A DNA stretch of 64,000 nucleotides from Caecitellus pseudoparvulus (lineage: Eukaryota > Protista > Bigyra: Bicosoecida), in NCBI GenBank assembly GCA_965644315.1, contig CBFFRQ010000030.1:248001-312000 (forward strand), given 5' to 3'. The position numbers and the translations under genes are program-made. The notes below the pieces were generated by a model. It was not told the DNA's origin. It saw only the letters and a program-made list of their open reading frames with translations, and did not search any database. This document shows, piece by piece, positions 38,001 through 48,708 of the stretch. The number at the start of each line of letters is the position of its first letter. The stretch's first letter is position 1.

Positions 38001-38330
38001 TCCACAGAGCAGAAATGGCTGCCTTGATGCTGCGAGGTGGCGGGAGGTGCGTGTGGCACTGGTCGCAGCGCGACGCTGGTCATTGCGCGCAACACACCTG
38101 GCGTCTTGCCGGAGATTCAAGCGGCGCATGCGCATCTCGCTCTCAGTGCTGCAACTGTCTGAGCTGTCCATGCTGCCGATGTCACTGGACCAGCTGAAAC
38201 GCGGCGCTGCTGCGCCCATGGGCGTCGAGCCAGGCGCCTGTGCAGGGGATGTGGAAACGGCCTGCGCGGCGACCGTCAGCACGTTGGCTGTTGCCTCCAC
38301 GCACCGCCTTTGCAAAGCCAGCTCGAGCAT
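23098..38330 (-). CDS. AK9: Giant adenylate kinase 9-like protein (~5000 aa) with EF-hand-like N-terminus and two C-terminal Tudor-like domains
   Basis: P-loops GPTASGKT and GPPAVGKTT; GYVLDGFP and GWILDGFPRT; repeated CPV..YHS-like modules; AK9-type C-terminal HPKLSVQATSMRFISLYLSAYNP; one 5' intron (~38031-38098); start at 38330 or ~38219. Confidence 0.8.
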
Positions 38331-38909
38331 GGGACATGTTGGGCATTCAAGCTAGTCTCGCTGATGCGGCCCTGGGGTGCCGGGTGCCTTGCAAGTCCCC
38401 CAGGCAGAGTGTGGCTGTCGAGAGGACGGAGTTGGATCCCCACAAGAGATTGCCGTGCCGAGTACTAACGAGTGGTGGCAGGCCACGGACGTGAAACTGC
38501 GGTGCAAACTGCTCTACCTGCCGCAAACTCGTTGTCGTGTACATTTTAGGTTGTGGATTTGAATTGGAGAAGAGCGCTAGGCCCGGCCGGCCAGCGGGGC
38601 CGCGCTCGCGTTTTTTGGTCACTTCAATTGAAAGTTACGTTTGTAGACGACTCGGAGGGCCGGCCGCAAGCAGCACACTTGGAGATGGAGATGGCTGTAC
38701 AAATGTAACAGTGGAGCACACTGGCGGGCCGTTGCGCCCGCTCCGTGAGCAGGGTGGGTGCAAAGACGGCTGAGACGTTCGTTGGGGCAGGCACCCACCA
38801 CACAAGGCAGGCTCAAACGCTACGCTGCGACAAATCCCGCGTGAATCTAGCCCTCTCGCGAATTACAAGTACTATCGTCGTTGTCGAAAGCACCAAGTAC
38901 TCCCCAAGG

Positions 38910-39709
38910 ATGGCCATGGACAGCTCTGCCGACGCTGGCATCGGTGCCAAGCTGCTGGGTACGTGGTGCACTGCCGTTCTCAACTGCCGTTACCCCCCAC
39001 CCGCCATGTGCGCTCGAGGGCACAGGCGGCGACTTGGGTGACATTTTCAGGTCTCCTGTGGCAGCAGCAACCTTCATTGTTGTTATCGCCGCAACCATGT
39101 TCGTGATCTTGCTGCTGGTCGTGGAAGTCAACTTGCAAGCTCCCACTCCCAAGTCCGCCACCATCACCCACGTGCCAGCAGCGGAGCCTGCCAAGCCAGC
39201 CCAGAAGGCACCCCGCAGCCGCAGTGCCTCTCGACGAAGCCTGTCCAGCAGGGCTTCTGCGGTGCTCAGTGACATCAAGTCCAAGGCCAAGGCGGAGATC
39301 AAGGGCGTGGTCAGCGCTGTCACTGCCGAGTCGGATGCATCTGACTCAGAGGCCGATCCTGCCAGCTCAAACGAGACTGACTCCCCTTCACCAGAGCCCA
39401 CGCCAAAGCGCGTGCGAAAGCGCACTCCCAGCAAGTCCACACGCTCTCGCTCTTCTTCCCGGTCCACCCGCACGCCAAGCCGCAAGAGCGCAAAGAAGGC
39501 GTCGCCAGCGAGTGAGTGTGCGCCTCCCAGACGCTGTCGCCCGCGCCCTGACCACTCCCAGTCCCCCCCCGATTGCCCAGAAACCACGCCAAGGAGGTCC
39601 ACACGCACTCGCTCCGCAGTGAGTCACGCGGCCCCTTCACAGCTCGCATCTTGCGCGCAAGCACAGGCCCGTCCGTCCCCTACTCTCCATTCTGCAGCGC
39701 AAAGCTTGA
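38910..39709 (+). CDS. Single-pass membrane protein with basic S/T/P/R/K-rich tail (4 exons)
   Basis: Spliced MAMDSSADAGIGAKLLGGDLGDIFRSP-TM(AAATFIVVIAATMFVILLLVV)-...KKASPAKTTPRRSTRTRSARKA*; three canonical introns. Confidence 0.7.
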
Positions 39710-39725
39710 GAACACCTGCATCTCT

Positions 39726-39734
39726 CAATGCATT
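39726..39734. terminator. Candidate bidirectional 3'-end signal CAATGCATT
   Basis: Palindromic AATGCATT in the 27-nt gap between two convergent stop codons; the same hexamer follows many other stops in the window. Confidence 0.5.
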
Positions 39735-39736
39735 CC

Positions 39737-40228
39737 TCACACCGCCGAGCACAGCGTGCTCCAAACGGAGCTACTAACAAGGGAAAGACACCGGGCTTCT
39801 TGCTCCTGTAGGAAGCTGGTGATGTGGCGCCAGGCAGCGGCAGGGAGCAGAGCGGGGCAGCGCAGAGGCATGATGAGACGCCACAGGACGCGTCGCTGCA
39901 CGCTTTGCAGCACTGCTGCCTGCTGTGCAGAGCTCCTGGAAGCACACGCTGCTGCCCACTCGCCCCCAACATCGCTAAGGTTCAACACCAGGTTCGCATT
40001 CCGTTGTGGAGCGCTGCATGCGTCGCCTTCGCTCCACAGCGCGTGCAGCACCAGCCTGTCGTCGATGTCCACAGCATGCAGTCGAAGCTGCGTGAAGACA
40101 GCGCCCTGTAGGCGCTGAAAGCTCATCCCATGAGACCCATTACTCGGAAGTAAGTCATGGCGTAAGATCTCTCCTTTTACAAGCAGGACAAGGGCACTTG
40201 ACAACCTGGGCCTACCTTCTTCATCCAT
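39737..40228 (-). CDS. Hypothetical protein with C-terminal F-box-like motif
   Basis: 163-aa ORF ending LLPAAAWRHITSFLQEQEARCLSLVSSSVWSTLC; further 5' exons are possible. Confidence 0.55.
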   Translation of the reverse strand: MDEEGRPRLSSALVLLVKGEILRHDLLPSNGSHGMSFQRLQGAVFTQLRLHAVDIDDRLVLHALWSEGDACSAPQRNANLVLNLSDVGGEWAAACASRSSAQQAAVLQSVQRRVLWRLIMPLRCPALLPAAAWRHITSFLQEQEARCLSLVSSSVWSTLCSAV

Positions 40229-40616
40229 GAGTGAGGTTCAGTTTCCGCACCACGCCATGGCGCTACCACGTTGCAGCGCTGGGTGCTCCTTGAGAAGCGA
40301 TCCCAGCAGGATATGTCGCAGGACACATATGCGAGCTAAGTGGCACAGTCACTGTCTACAACCAAGCACGCAGGGGGGGCTCGATTCTGCTGTTGCTGAT
40401 GAATGCTGCTTGACGAGAGCGTTGGGCGTGGTGGGCGTGCCCTGGCACTGCAGCACGCAGGCTGCTCATTCCCCACCAATCAGCGCCCCCACTCAATTCT
40501 ATTCCACTCCCACCACCCAATGGCTAGGAGTAGCTTCATGCATCGCATGCCTGCTCCTGAATCGCCGAATCACAGCTGAGTGGGGCACCTGCTGCACACC
40601 GGCTCTCTCTTTCGCA

Positions 40617-42311
40617 ATGCGCAGCATGTGCCGGCCACTGTTGCTGGCTGCGCTGGGTAGCCTCCTGTCCAGCACCTGCACAAGGGCCCTCGATCCCCCA
40701 GGCTTGTCAGACTTCCCCCCTGGCGCGCCGAGCTGCAAGTACACGCCGCCCAACTTGGTGCGCTTGCCGTCGCCCTTGCCGAATTCCCTGCAGCAAGCTG
40801 CCGCGAAAGTGCAGAATGTGTCGCAGTCCATGTTGCAGGCGCCCTACGCGCCTGGCGTGCAAGTCATGGCGCAATACAAGGACCAAACTGTCTTGGAGCA
40901 CACAGCTGGCTCGGCAAACGTGTCCTCAGGCCTGCCTGTGGACTCGGACACGCTCTTTCGCATCGGCTCCGTGTCCAAGCTCTTTCCCACCATCCTTGCC
41001 CTGCAAGCTGCTGCATCCGGGAAAATCCACTTGGACGATCCTCTGGAGGCTGTTGCACCTGATTTCATCATGTACAACCCATGGGGCCCCTCCAAAGTGA
41101 CGTGGCGCCTCATCATGCAACAGCGCTCGGGGTTGCCTCGCGAATGCCCGGGTGGCAACACAACTGCAAGTGTGCTGAAGAACCTGGAGATGTATGCGCT
41201 GACGTACCCACCTGGGGAGGCACCATCGTACAGCAACTTGGGGTTTGCTCTCATGGGCCACCTGCTCGCTGAGCGGGTGCTGGGCCTGGACTTCCCAGCC
41301 GCAGTTGACAAGTTCATCATCTCACCCCTCGGCCTGAACAACACAGGGTTCACGTACACCCCCGACATCCTGAACCGGCTGGCGACAGGCTACACTGCCA
41401 CTGTACCGCGGCAACCTGCGGCTTTCCTGGACCTCGGCTGGACTGCGCCTGCAGGCAGCGCGTACTCCAATGCTCGGGAGATGAACGCCCTTCTGCAAGC
41501 CATCATGTCGGCCGCTCGAGGGGAGGCAGACCCCCTTGGCCTCACCCCCGCCATTGCACGGGCATTTTTGGACCTGGACTACCTGAATTTTGGCGCCCAC
41601 ACCGCTTGGGGCGCGCCGTGGGAAGTGCAGGTGCAGCCAGACGCGTTCCCAGTCCGGTCCAAGACAGGCTCCCTTACGACGTACCTGTCCATCGTCAGCA
41701 TCGTCCCTGAGCTGTCCCTGTCATACGTGGGCTTCTGGAATGGTGCCCAAGATACCATGGGCCAGTCGCGGGCTGCCATGGCAGACCTGCTCCCAGCCCT
41801 GAACACAACTCTGTGGGCGCTGCAGCCGTCCCCACTCTTCCCTCAAGGCCCACAAAGTGTGAACGGACTGTACCTTCAGCAGTCCCCCGGGCCTGGCGGG
41901 GAGACTGTCTCTGTGGGCGTGTGCATCTTTGACTTTGCGGGGCTGGGCGTGCCTTCCAGCCCCCTGGCTGTGACGTTCTTCATGGTGGGCGACCGCCGAC
42001 AGCTGAACGAAGTGGGCTGGCTTGCATACACTGGGCAGTGGCAAGGCAACCACCGGTATGTGCAGCGATATGTGGGGCCAGGTGGCCCATCATGCTTTGA
42101 CATCCAGGGGGGGCTCGTTGCCGGCTCTTCTCTGGTATTTGGGGAGGAGGACGGCCAGCAGATGGTCGCCATCCAGGGAGTCTTCGCCGGTGCTCAGGCC
42201 ATCGTGCCCCGGGTGGGCGACTCCAGCCTCTGCCACAAGCAAGCCCTGGAAGACCTGGAGCAGCACTTGAAGGCCCCTGTTCCTCGCCCAGACTCGCTGC
42301 GGCTGCTGTGA
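40617..42311 (+). CDS. Secreted beta-lactamase-family (class C/LACTBL1-like) serine hydrolase
   Basis: Signal peptide MCRPLLLAALGSLLSSTCTRA; catalytic motifs FRIGSVSK (SxxK), YSNLGF (YxN) and KTG; no intron seen. Confidence 0.88.
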   Translation: MRSMCRPLLLAALGSLLSSTCTRALDPPGLSDFPPGAPSCKYTPPNLVRLPSPLPNSLQQAAAKVQNVSQSMLQAPYAPGVQVMAQYKDQTVLEHTAGSANVSSGLPVDSDTLFRIGSVSKLFPTILALQAAASGKIHLDDPLEAVAPDFIMYNPWGPSKVTWRLIMQQRSGLPRECPGGNTTASVLKNLEMYALTYPPGEAPSYSNLGFALMGHLLAERVLGLDFPAAVDKFIISPLGLNNTGFTYTPDILNRLATGYTATVPRQPAAFLDLGWTAPAGSAYSNAREMNALLQAIMSAARGEADPLGLTPAIARAFLDLDYLNFGAHTAWGAPWEVQVQPDAFPVRSKTGSLTTYLSIVSIVPELSLSYVGFWNGAQDTMGQSRAAMADLLPALNTTLWALQPSPLFPQGPQSVNGLYLQQSPGPGGETVSVGVCIFDFAGLGVPSSPLAVTFFMVGDRRQLNEVGWLAYTGQWQGNHRYVQRYVGPGGPSCFDIQGGLVAGSSLVFGEEDGQQMVAIQGVFAGAQAIVPRVGDSSLCHKQALEDLEQHLKAPVPRPDSLRLL

Positions 42312-42437
42312 GCTGTGGAGGCGCTCCTGCCCAATGCACGGCAAAGCAAGCCAGGGTACACTTTCACGCCTTCACACTTACTGCATGCATCAGTGCTGAG
42401 CACGAGTTGTTGCACGTTTCCTCTCCACTCCGTCACC

Positions 42438-43700
42438 ATGGCCACCACCTTCACCTTCGCTGTGGACTGCAGCACCCCCGCTGGCCTCGCTGCCCTGGAT
42501 GCCGTGCGTGCGCCACTGACACCACAACGTGCCGGCACGCCTGTTCCCGACAGGCCCCGCACGCGTCGTTGCAGCGGCCCACGGCGCTCTTCTCCCACAC
42601 CCTTCACAGGCCCTGGTCTCTCGCAGCTACTGGGTCGGGTGAGTTTTCCCCAAGCTCGGCGGCTGGTGCCTGCCAGTCTGTGCATGCACCAATTCCCGCC
42701 TCGCCCCGCTGCCCAGATTCTCCCTGTCCCAGTGCGACTTGGACCTGCACAAGGCCATCGCCACTGCCCCTGATGCCGCCAAGTACCCCAACGTGGCTCG
42801 CTACTTCGCCCACATCGCCGCCCTGGTCTCTGAGGGGTGCGTGCTTGCCTTTCTGCGTGCGGCTGTTGATGGTGTGGGAACAGTGCATTTCTAGCTCGCC
42901 TTGCGCCGCTTCCGCGGGCGCCAGCGCACTTTGACGCCGCGTACTCCATTCTTGTTATCAGCTTTAGCACTTGCCTCTGCTCTCCCCGCTTCACAGTGCT
43001 GCCGTCTCTTCCTGCGCCGCGTGCGGCTCCACCTCTGTCGGTGGTGCCGTCGCCGCTGGCGCCAAGAAGGCTGCCAAGGCCGCTGACTCCGATGACGACG
43101 ATGATGACTCCGATGGCGACGACCTGTTCGGTGATGACGACGATGTGCGTGAAACACGGGACTGGGCGGCAGCCCTCGCGTAGGGCCAGGGCACGTGTGG
43201 CGTTCCCGCCAATTTCCGCCGAGCTCTGGGAGGTGACACATGCCCACACCGCGTCGCCGACTGCCCTGCACAGGCCCCCAAGGCACCCAAGAAGAAGCCC
43301 GTCGCCAAGGCTGTGTCCAAGAAGAAGCCCGCCAAGGTCGCCAAGACCCAGGTTGTCTTCGACCTCAAGCCTGAGGATGCCGAGACTGACCTGAAGGTGC
43401 TGGAGGCCGATGTGCGCAAGATCACCATGGACGGCCTGTCCTGGGGCCAGGAGTTCGGTGTTGCCGATGTTGCCTTCGGCATCAAGAAGCTGGTCGTGCA
43501 GTGCGTCATCGAGGACGAGAAGGTCTTCGTCGACGACCTGGAGGACAAGATCTACGCTCTGGAGGGTGCCCAGTCCATGGACATCATTGCCAGTGCGTTC
43601 CGCAATGTGGCTGTTCCTTCCACACTGCAATCGACCGTCACTTTGGCAGACCTCTCACCCCTTCGCGTCACCTCCCTTCGCAGTGAACAAGATGTCCTAA
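42438..43700 (+). CDS. EEF1B: Translation elongation factor 1-beta (6 exons)
   Basis: KYPNVARYFAHIAA; DDDDDSDGDDLFGDDDD; AKTQVVFDLKPEDAETDL; VAFGIKKL; last exon AMNKMS*. Confidence 0.93.
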
Positions 43701-43989
43701 ACACATGGTGCCTTGCACTTGCTGCGACTTGCACCGCCTCTAGCAATGCATTGCTGAAGGCAAGTCACCCTTACTCCACACACCTACTTCCCCACTCTGA
43801 CACTTCCTCGCACTGCGCCGGCCCATCTCTTGGTGATCACGGGGTCAAGAGCGCAGGGATTTGGCGTGGCACCATCCTGCGTGATGCTCCAAAATTCCTC
43901 ACCTGCGCACCCTTCTCCGCCAGCCACACCCCTTGGTGTTGCTGCTAGCTGCCCTGTTGTGTCCTTGGTCTGCAACCAACGTGTCTGCC

Positions 43990-46291
43990 ATGCTTTCATC
44001 GGTTGCCTCACGGGTACGTGCCAGGCGGTGCCGCGAAGTACGTCACCTAGCCTTGCCAACAGCCCTCCCTCCCCTGGCTCCCACACAGGCTGCCCAGGCA
44101 GCTCGGAGCATGTCAACCTTGTCTGGCTCTCGAGTCCTTGGCCGTGCCGCCACTGCCTCCGCTGATGTGCAGTCTCAGGCGTACCCCATCAGTGAGTGAA
44201 GTCCCGCCCTGTGTCCGCTCTTCACCACGTCGGTGACGCAAGTGGCGTTGCGAGCCTGCCTTGGTGTGCTAATGAGGCCAAGCATTGCACACTGCCTTAT
44301 ATTGGGCCATGTAATAGTTGCACAGCTACCTGTGCGGTGCTGGGGAGCAGCGCGCAGTGTATGTCTCTGGCACTGGCCTGGGCTCGGAATTAGGCCGCCC
44401 TGCCTCGGCTCATGCGCACCCTCCCTGCTCCCCTGCCCCCTTTCCAGTCGACCACAAGTACGATGCTGTCGTTGTCGGTGCTGGTGGTGCTGGCCTCCGT
44501 GCTGCCATGGGTTTGGCTGAGCACGGCTTCAAGACTGCTTGCATTTCCAAGCTGTTCCCCACGCGAAGCCACACCGTGGCGGCTCAGGGTGGCATCAACG
44601 CTGCCCTGGGCAACCAGCACGACGATGACTGGCGGTGGCACATGTATGACACCGTGAAGGGCTCAGACTGGCTTGGTGATCAGGACGCCATCCAGTACAT
44701 GTGCCGCGAGGCACCAAAGTGAGTCCCCGCACCACAGCGGCTGCTCTCTCCCATGCGCCCCTCACTTCCTTCGCTTGCGCTTGACCCGCACAGGGCTGTT
44801 CGGGAGCTGGAGTCTTACGGCATGCCCTTCTCCCGCAACGAAGAGGGGAAGATTTACCAGCGGGCCTTTGGCGGGCAGTCCCGCGACTACGGCTCTGGCG
44901 GTCAGGCATACCGCTGTGCTGCTGCCGCTGACCGCACTGGGCATGCCATGCTGCACACACTGTACGGCCGCTCCCTGGCATTCGACACCACTTACTTCAT
45001 CGAGTACTTTGCTCTGGACCTCATCATGAATGAGGAGGGCGAGTGCGTCGGGCTGCTGGCCCTGAACATGGAGGACGGCACCATCCACCGCTTCAACACC
45101 AACCACACTGTGCTGGCCACTGGCGGGTACGGCCGAGCATACTTCTCAGCGACTTCTGCACACACCTGCACGGGCGATGGCGGCGGCATGGCTCTGCGCG
45201 CTGGCCTGGCTGTGGAAGACCCCGAGTTCGTGCAGTTCCACCCCACCGGCATTTACGGTGCAGGCTGCCTGATGACTGAGGGCTGCCGTGGTGAGGGCGG
45301 CATTCTGCGCAACAGCGAGGGTGAGCGCTTCATGGAGAGGTACGCCCCCACTGCGAAGGACTTGGCTTCCCGCGACGTCGTGTCCCGCGCCATGACCATG
45401 GAGATTCGGGACGGACGAGGCGTGGGCCCCAACAAGGACCACATCCACTTGCACCTGGACCACTTGCCCCCTGATGTGCTGGCTGAGCGCCTGCCTGGCA
45501 TCACCGAGACGGCACGCATCTTTGCGGGCGTGGACGTGACCAAGGAGCCCGCCCCCGTGCTGCCCACCGTGCACTACAACATGGGCGGCGTGCCCACCAA
45601 CCACCACGGGCAGGTGGTGAACCCCAAGGGCGGTGATGACGATGCCATTGTGCCTGGCCTGTATGCAGCTGGCGAGGCGTCCTGTGCCTCTGTGCACGGC
45701 GCCAACCGCCTCGGGGCCAACTCGCTCCTGGACATCGTCGTCTTCGGCCGTGCTGTGGCGAACCAAGTGGCAGCGACCGCCAAGCCCGGCGACGCCATCA
45801 AGCCACTCCCCAAGGGGTCTGCTGACGCGTGCCTGGCCAACTTGGACGGCCTCCGCTATGCCAGCGGCAACACGTCCACCGCTGAGTTGCGCCTGAACAT
45901 GCAGAAGACCATGCAGGCGGATGCCGCAGTGTACCGCACGCAGGAGACCCTGGCCGAGGGCTGCGTGAAGATGGATGCCATCGTGTCCAGCTTCGACGAC
46001 ATCAAGACCACTGACCGGTCCCTGGTGTGGAACACCGACCTCATCGAGACGTTGGAGCTGCAAAACCTCCTTGCACAGGCCAGCATCACCATTCACGCCG
46101 CAGAGCAGCGCAAGGAGAGCCGCGGCGCGCACGCCCGCGAGGACTTCCCCGACCGCGATGACAAGTCGTGGATGAAGCACACCCTGGCCTACCACAAGGA
46201 CGGCAAGACCACCATCAAGTACCGCGGGGTGCATCACAACACGCTGGACTCAGAAGTGGACACCTTCCCTCCTCAGAAGCGCGTGTACTAA
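43990..46291 (+). CDS. SDHA: Succinate dehydrogenase flavoprotein subunit, mitochondrial
   Basis: Transit peptide MLSSVASR; VVVGAGGAG; FAD-binding His in [12 protein letters not shown]; QFHPTG; HYNMGG; [11 protein letters not shown]; [13 protein letters not shown]; three 5' introns. Confidence 0.97.
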
Positions 46292-46413
46292 ATGCAGCCT
46301 GACCCCTCTGCGCGGCCCCGCTACTGGGCTGCTGCCGCCCACCCGAGGCTTGGTTTGCATGCATTGTGCGGTCGCAGTCTGGCCCTTTGCCAGAGTGGCC
46401 GCCAGCCTTCACG

Positions 46414-48361
46414 TCACTCACACGCCAGCTTGGAGTCAAACGAAGAGAGGCACGCTTGGAACGCCTGGAGCGGAGTGAGCGGCCACATCATGTCCATGGT
46501 GAACAGGTCTTTGCCCACGCGCCCAAATTGCAGCACCACCCGCTCATGGTCTTCAGGCGTGACCAGCTGGAAGTTCTTCACAGAAGCCATGGTCACACGG
46601 CCGTTGAAGTTCAGGACGTACGCTCCTACCCCTTCGTTCCACTTGGGGGGCTTGTTGATCAGCTGCACCATGTCTTGCGTGTACCCGTTGCGGTACATCT
46701 CTGCCATGCTGTCGTCCTCCTTCGTGGGGCAGAACACCGTCGCCTTGCCCGTGGCCAAGTCGACCTTGGGAACTGCCACTTTCATCTTGCGAGGCCCCCG
46801 GGAAGACATGATGTTGGAGGTGTACATGACCACGCCCAGCTCCTGTCGCAGTCTGCTCTTGCCCTTGCCGTCGCCGGGACCGGCCCCGTCATCGAACATG
46901 GTGAACTCTGTGCCCACGAAGTTGGACCTCAGCTTCCCCAGGTAGTTTGGACCATCACGGTCCATGTCTGTGCTGGACATGGACACAAGGTAGTTGCTGG
47001 TCTTCTGTCTCGCCCGCTTGCGGGAGGCCAAGAGGAAGCGGTCCCCCTCCCGCATGTACAGAGAGTACACTGGGAACATGCGCTTGTTCAAGCCCTTCTT
47101 GTCCCGCTCGATGTAGCACTGCACACACCCGGCTTCATAAGGCACAGGCGAGGTCAGGAAGTGCCGCATGTTTGTGAAGTCCAGCACCTTGATCCCGATC
47201 ACTGCCGGAGGGGAAATGCCAGCGGCTGCCGCTGCCTGGGGCTCGCCCCCCCCCGCCCCCGCTGCAGCAGCTGCCGTTGCGGCAGGCACAGCACGGTGCT
47301 CACCTGCCCTGGACTGGCCACCTGACGGACTGAACACGCCTGTGCGCGCAGCGTGGTCTTCCTCCTCCTCTTCCTCACGCTCAGCAGTCTTTCCCCCCTG
47401 CGCACCACCTGACGCGAAAGCGGGTGCTGGGGCTTGGAAAGGGGCAGGTGCAGGTGCCGGTGAAGGGGCAGGTGCTGGGATGGGTTTCCGAGCAGGGGCA
47501 GCAGTGTACGACTGCAGCGCAGGCTGGGCAGGGGCAGGCTGAGGCGACTCCTCATCCTTCTGGCCTGGGGCGTGAGCTTGGACAGGGGCTCCACTGGGGC
47601 TGGGGTCCATGGTATCCGCCAGACTCTGGGGCGCGCCAGGGTGTGGCTCTCGTGGAGGCTCTCTCACTCCACGCTGCAGGGGAGCTCTGGCGGGCTCATC
47701 ATCCCCGAGGGCAGCTCCGAGGCCACCAGGGCCGAATCGGCTGCGCCCGCCCCCGAATGCCCCGAAGCCCCCACCTCCCGCGCCAAGGGAGTGACCAGCG
47801 CCTGGTGCACTGAACTGCTGCACCCCGAAACCCCCGTCTGAGCCGCCAAATGCTGCCCTGGTGTCCAGTCCACGGCGGTTAGCCATGAGCCCACCTGCAA
47901 AGCACGCAATCACAATGTGCGCCTGGGCCCACGTCGGGACTTGCATCGCTGACTTCCACGAGCGAGGCAAAAACAATGTGCCATTGAAGTGTGCGGTGTG
48001 GCGCCACAGCCGTGGTCGAGCTGCGGCTGCCAGGCACCCGGCACCACGCTGGCGTTTCGCTGAAACGCGTAGTTTCCGCACGTACCCCCTCCCATGCGCT
48101 GGCGCTCACGCTCTGCCTGGAGCTCGCGCTGCCTGGCCATGGCTGCCTCCCTGGAACCAACACTGGGCAGTGTCGCCTGTCCACCGTAGCCACCAACTCC
48201 ACCACCAAGCACATCACCTCCTGCGAAAGGTAGAGCGGCAGTTGGTACGCGCACGCCAGCACCGGGCCCAGCACCTCGCCCGCACCTTGCATGGACTGGG
48301 CATGGCGGCCATACCCCCGTGCGCCTTCAGAGGTCTTTCCATCGGACTGACCCCCCCACAT
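46414..48361 (-). CDS. TULP: Tubby-like protein (3 exons)
   Basis: Tubby domain GKLRSNFVGTEF, NKPPKWNE..YVLNFNGRVTMASVKNFQL, FDSKLACE; upstream exons MWGGQSDGK... and REAAMARQRELQAERERQRMGGG, resembling the N-terminal IFT-A-binding helix. Confidence 0.92.
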
Positions 48362-48708
48362 GGTGCTAGGTGTCTCGGCAAAGCCGCAAAGCTAGGTCTG
48401 AGCCAGGCGAAGGTTGGTGGCGTTGAGCGCCCCCACACACACCCGCGAAGCGGCGAGTCCCTAGGCCTGGGCGAGATCCCGAGGGCCCAAATAGCCCCTC
48501 AGCAATGAGGCATACACTTCTGCCTAATGCAAGGCACTGCTTCTAGTGTCGCTGTGATTTGTCGCGGCTGACGCGGTTGCCGTGCGTCGGAGCTGTCCCT
48601 CTCCTCTGGCTTCGTGCAACACGCCATATAAGCATCGTTGCCCTGACCCGGGCTTTTGCCAATCTGCCGCTGCAAGCACATCTCAGACACCCAACTCGTC
48701 CAACTGCC

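Noticed and set aside
23000-38027. Many long antisense and alternate-frame ORFs over AK9 (also over SPT16, SDHA and CPS)
   Set aside because: Shadow ORFs expected from high GC and codon bias; no recognisable motifs.
40617-42311. Antibiotic-resistance gene or bacterial contaminant
   Set aside because: Embedded among intron-containing genes with host-like composition and the host 3' motif; most members of this fold are not true beta-lactamases.
42860-42945. Box C/D snoRNA in an EF1B intron (TTGATGG...TTGA with GCGGC/GCCGC stem)
   Set aside because: Both boxes deviate from consensus and no rRNA guide was recognisable.
44345-44372. Iron-responsive element (CAGTGT) in SDHA
   Set aside because: Intronic, and the flanks do not form the required 5-bp upper stem.
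47861-48508. Separate gene between TULP and the 1120-aa ORF
   Set aside because: The region is explained by the two 5' exons and introns of the TULP gene on the minus strand.
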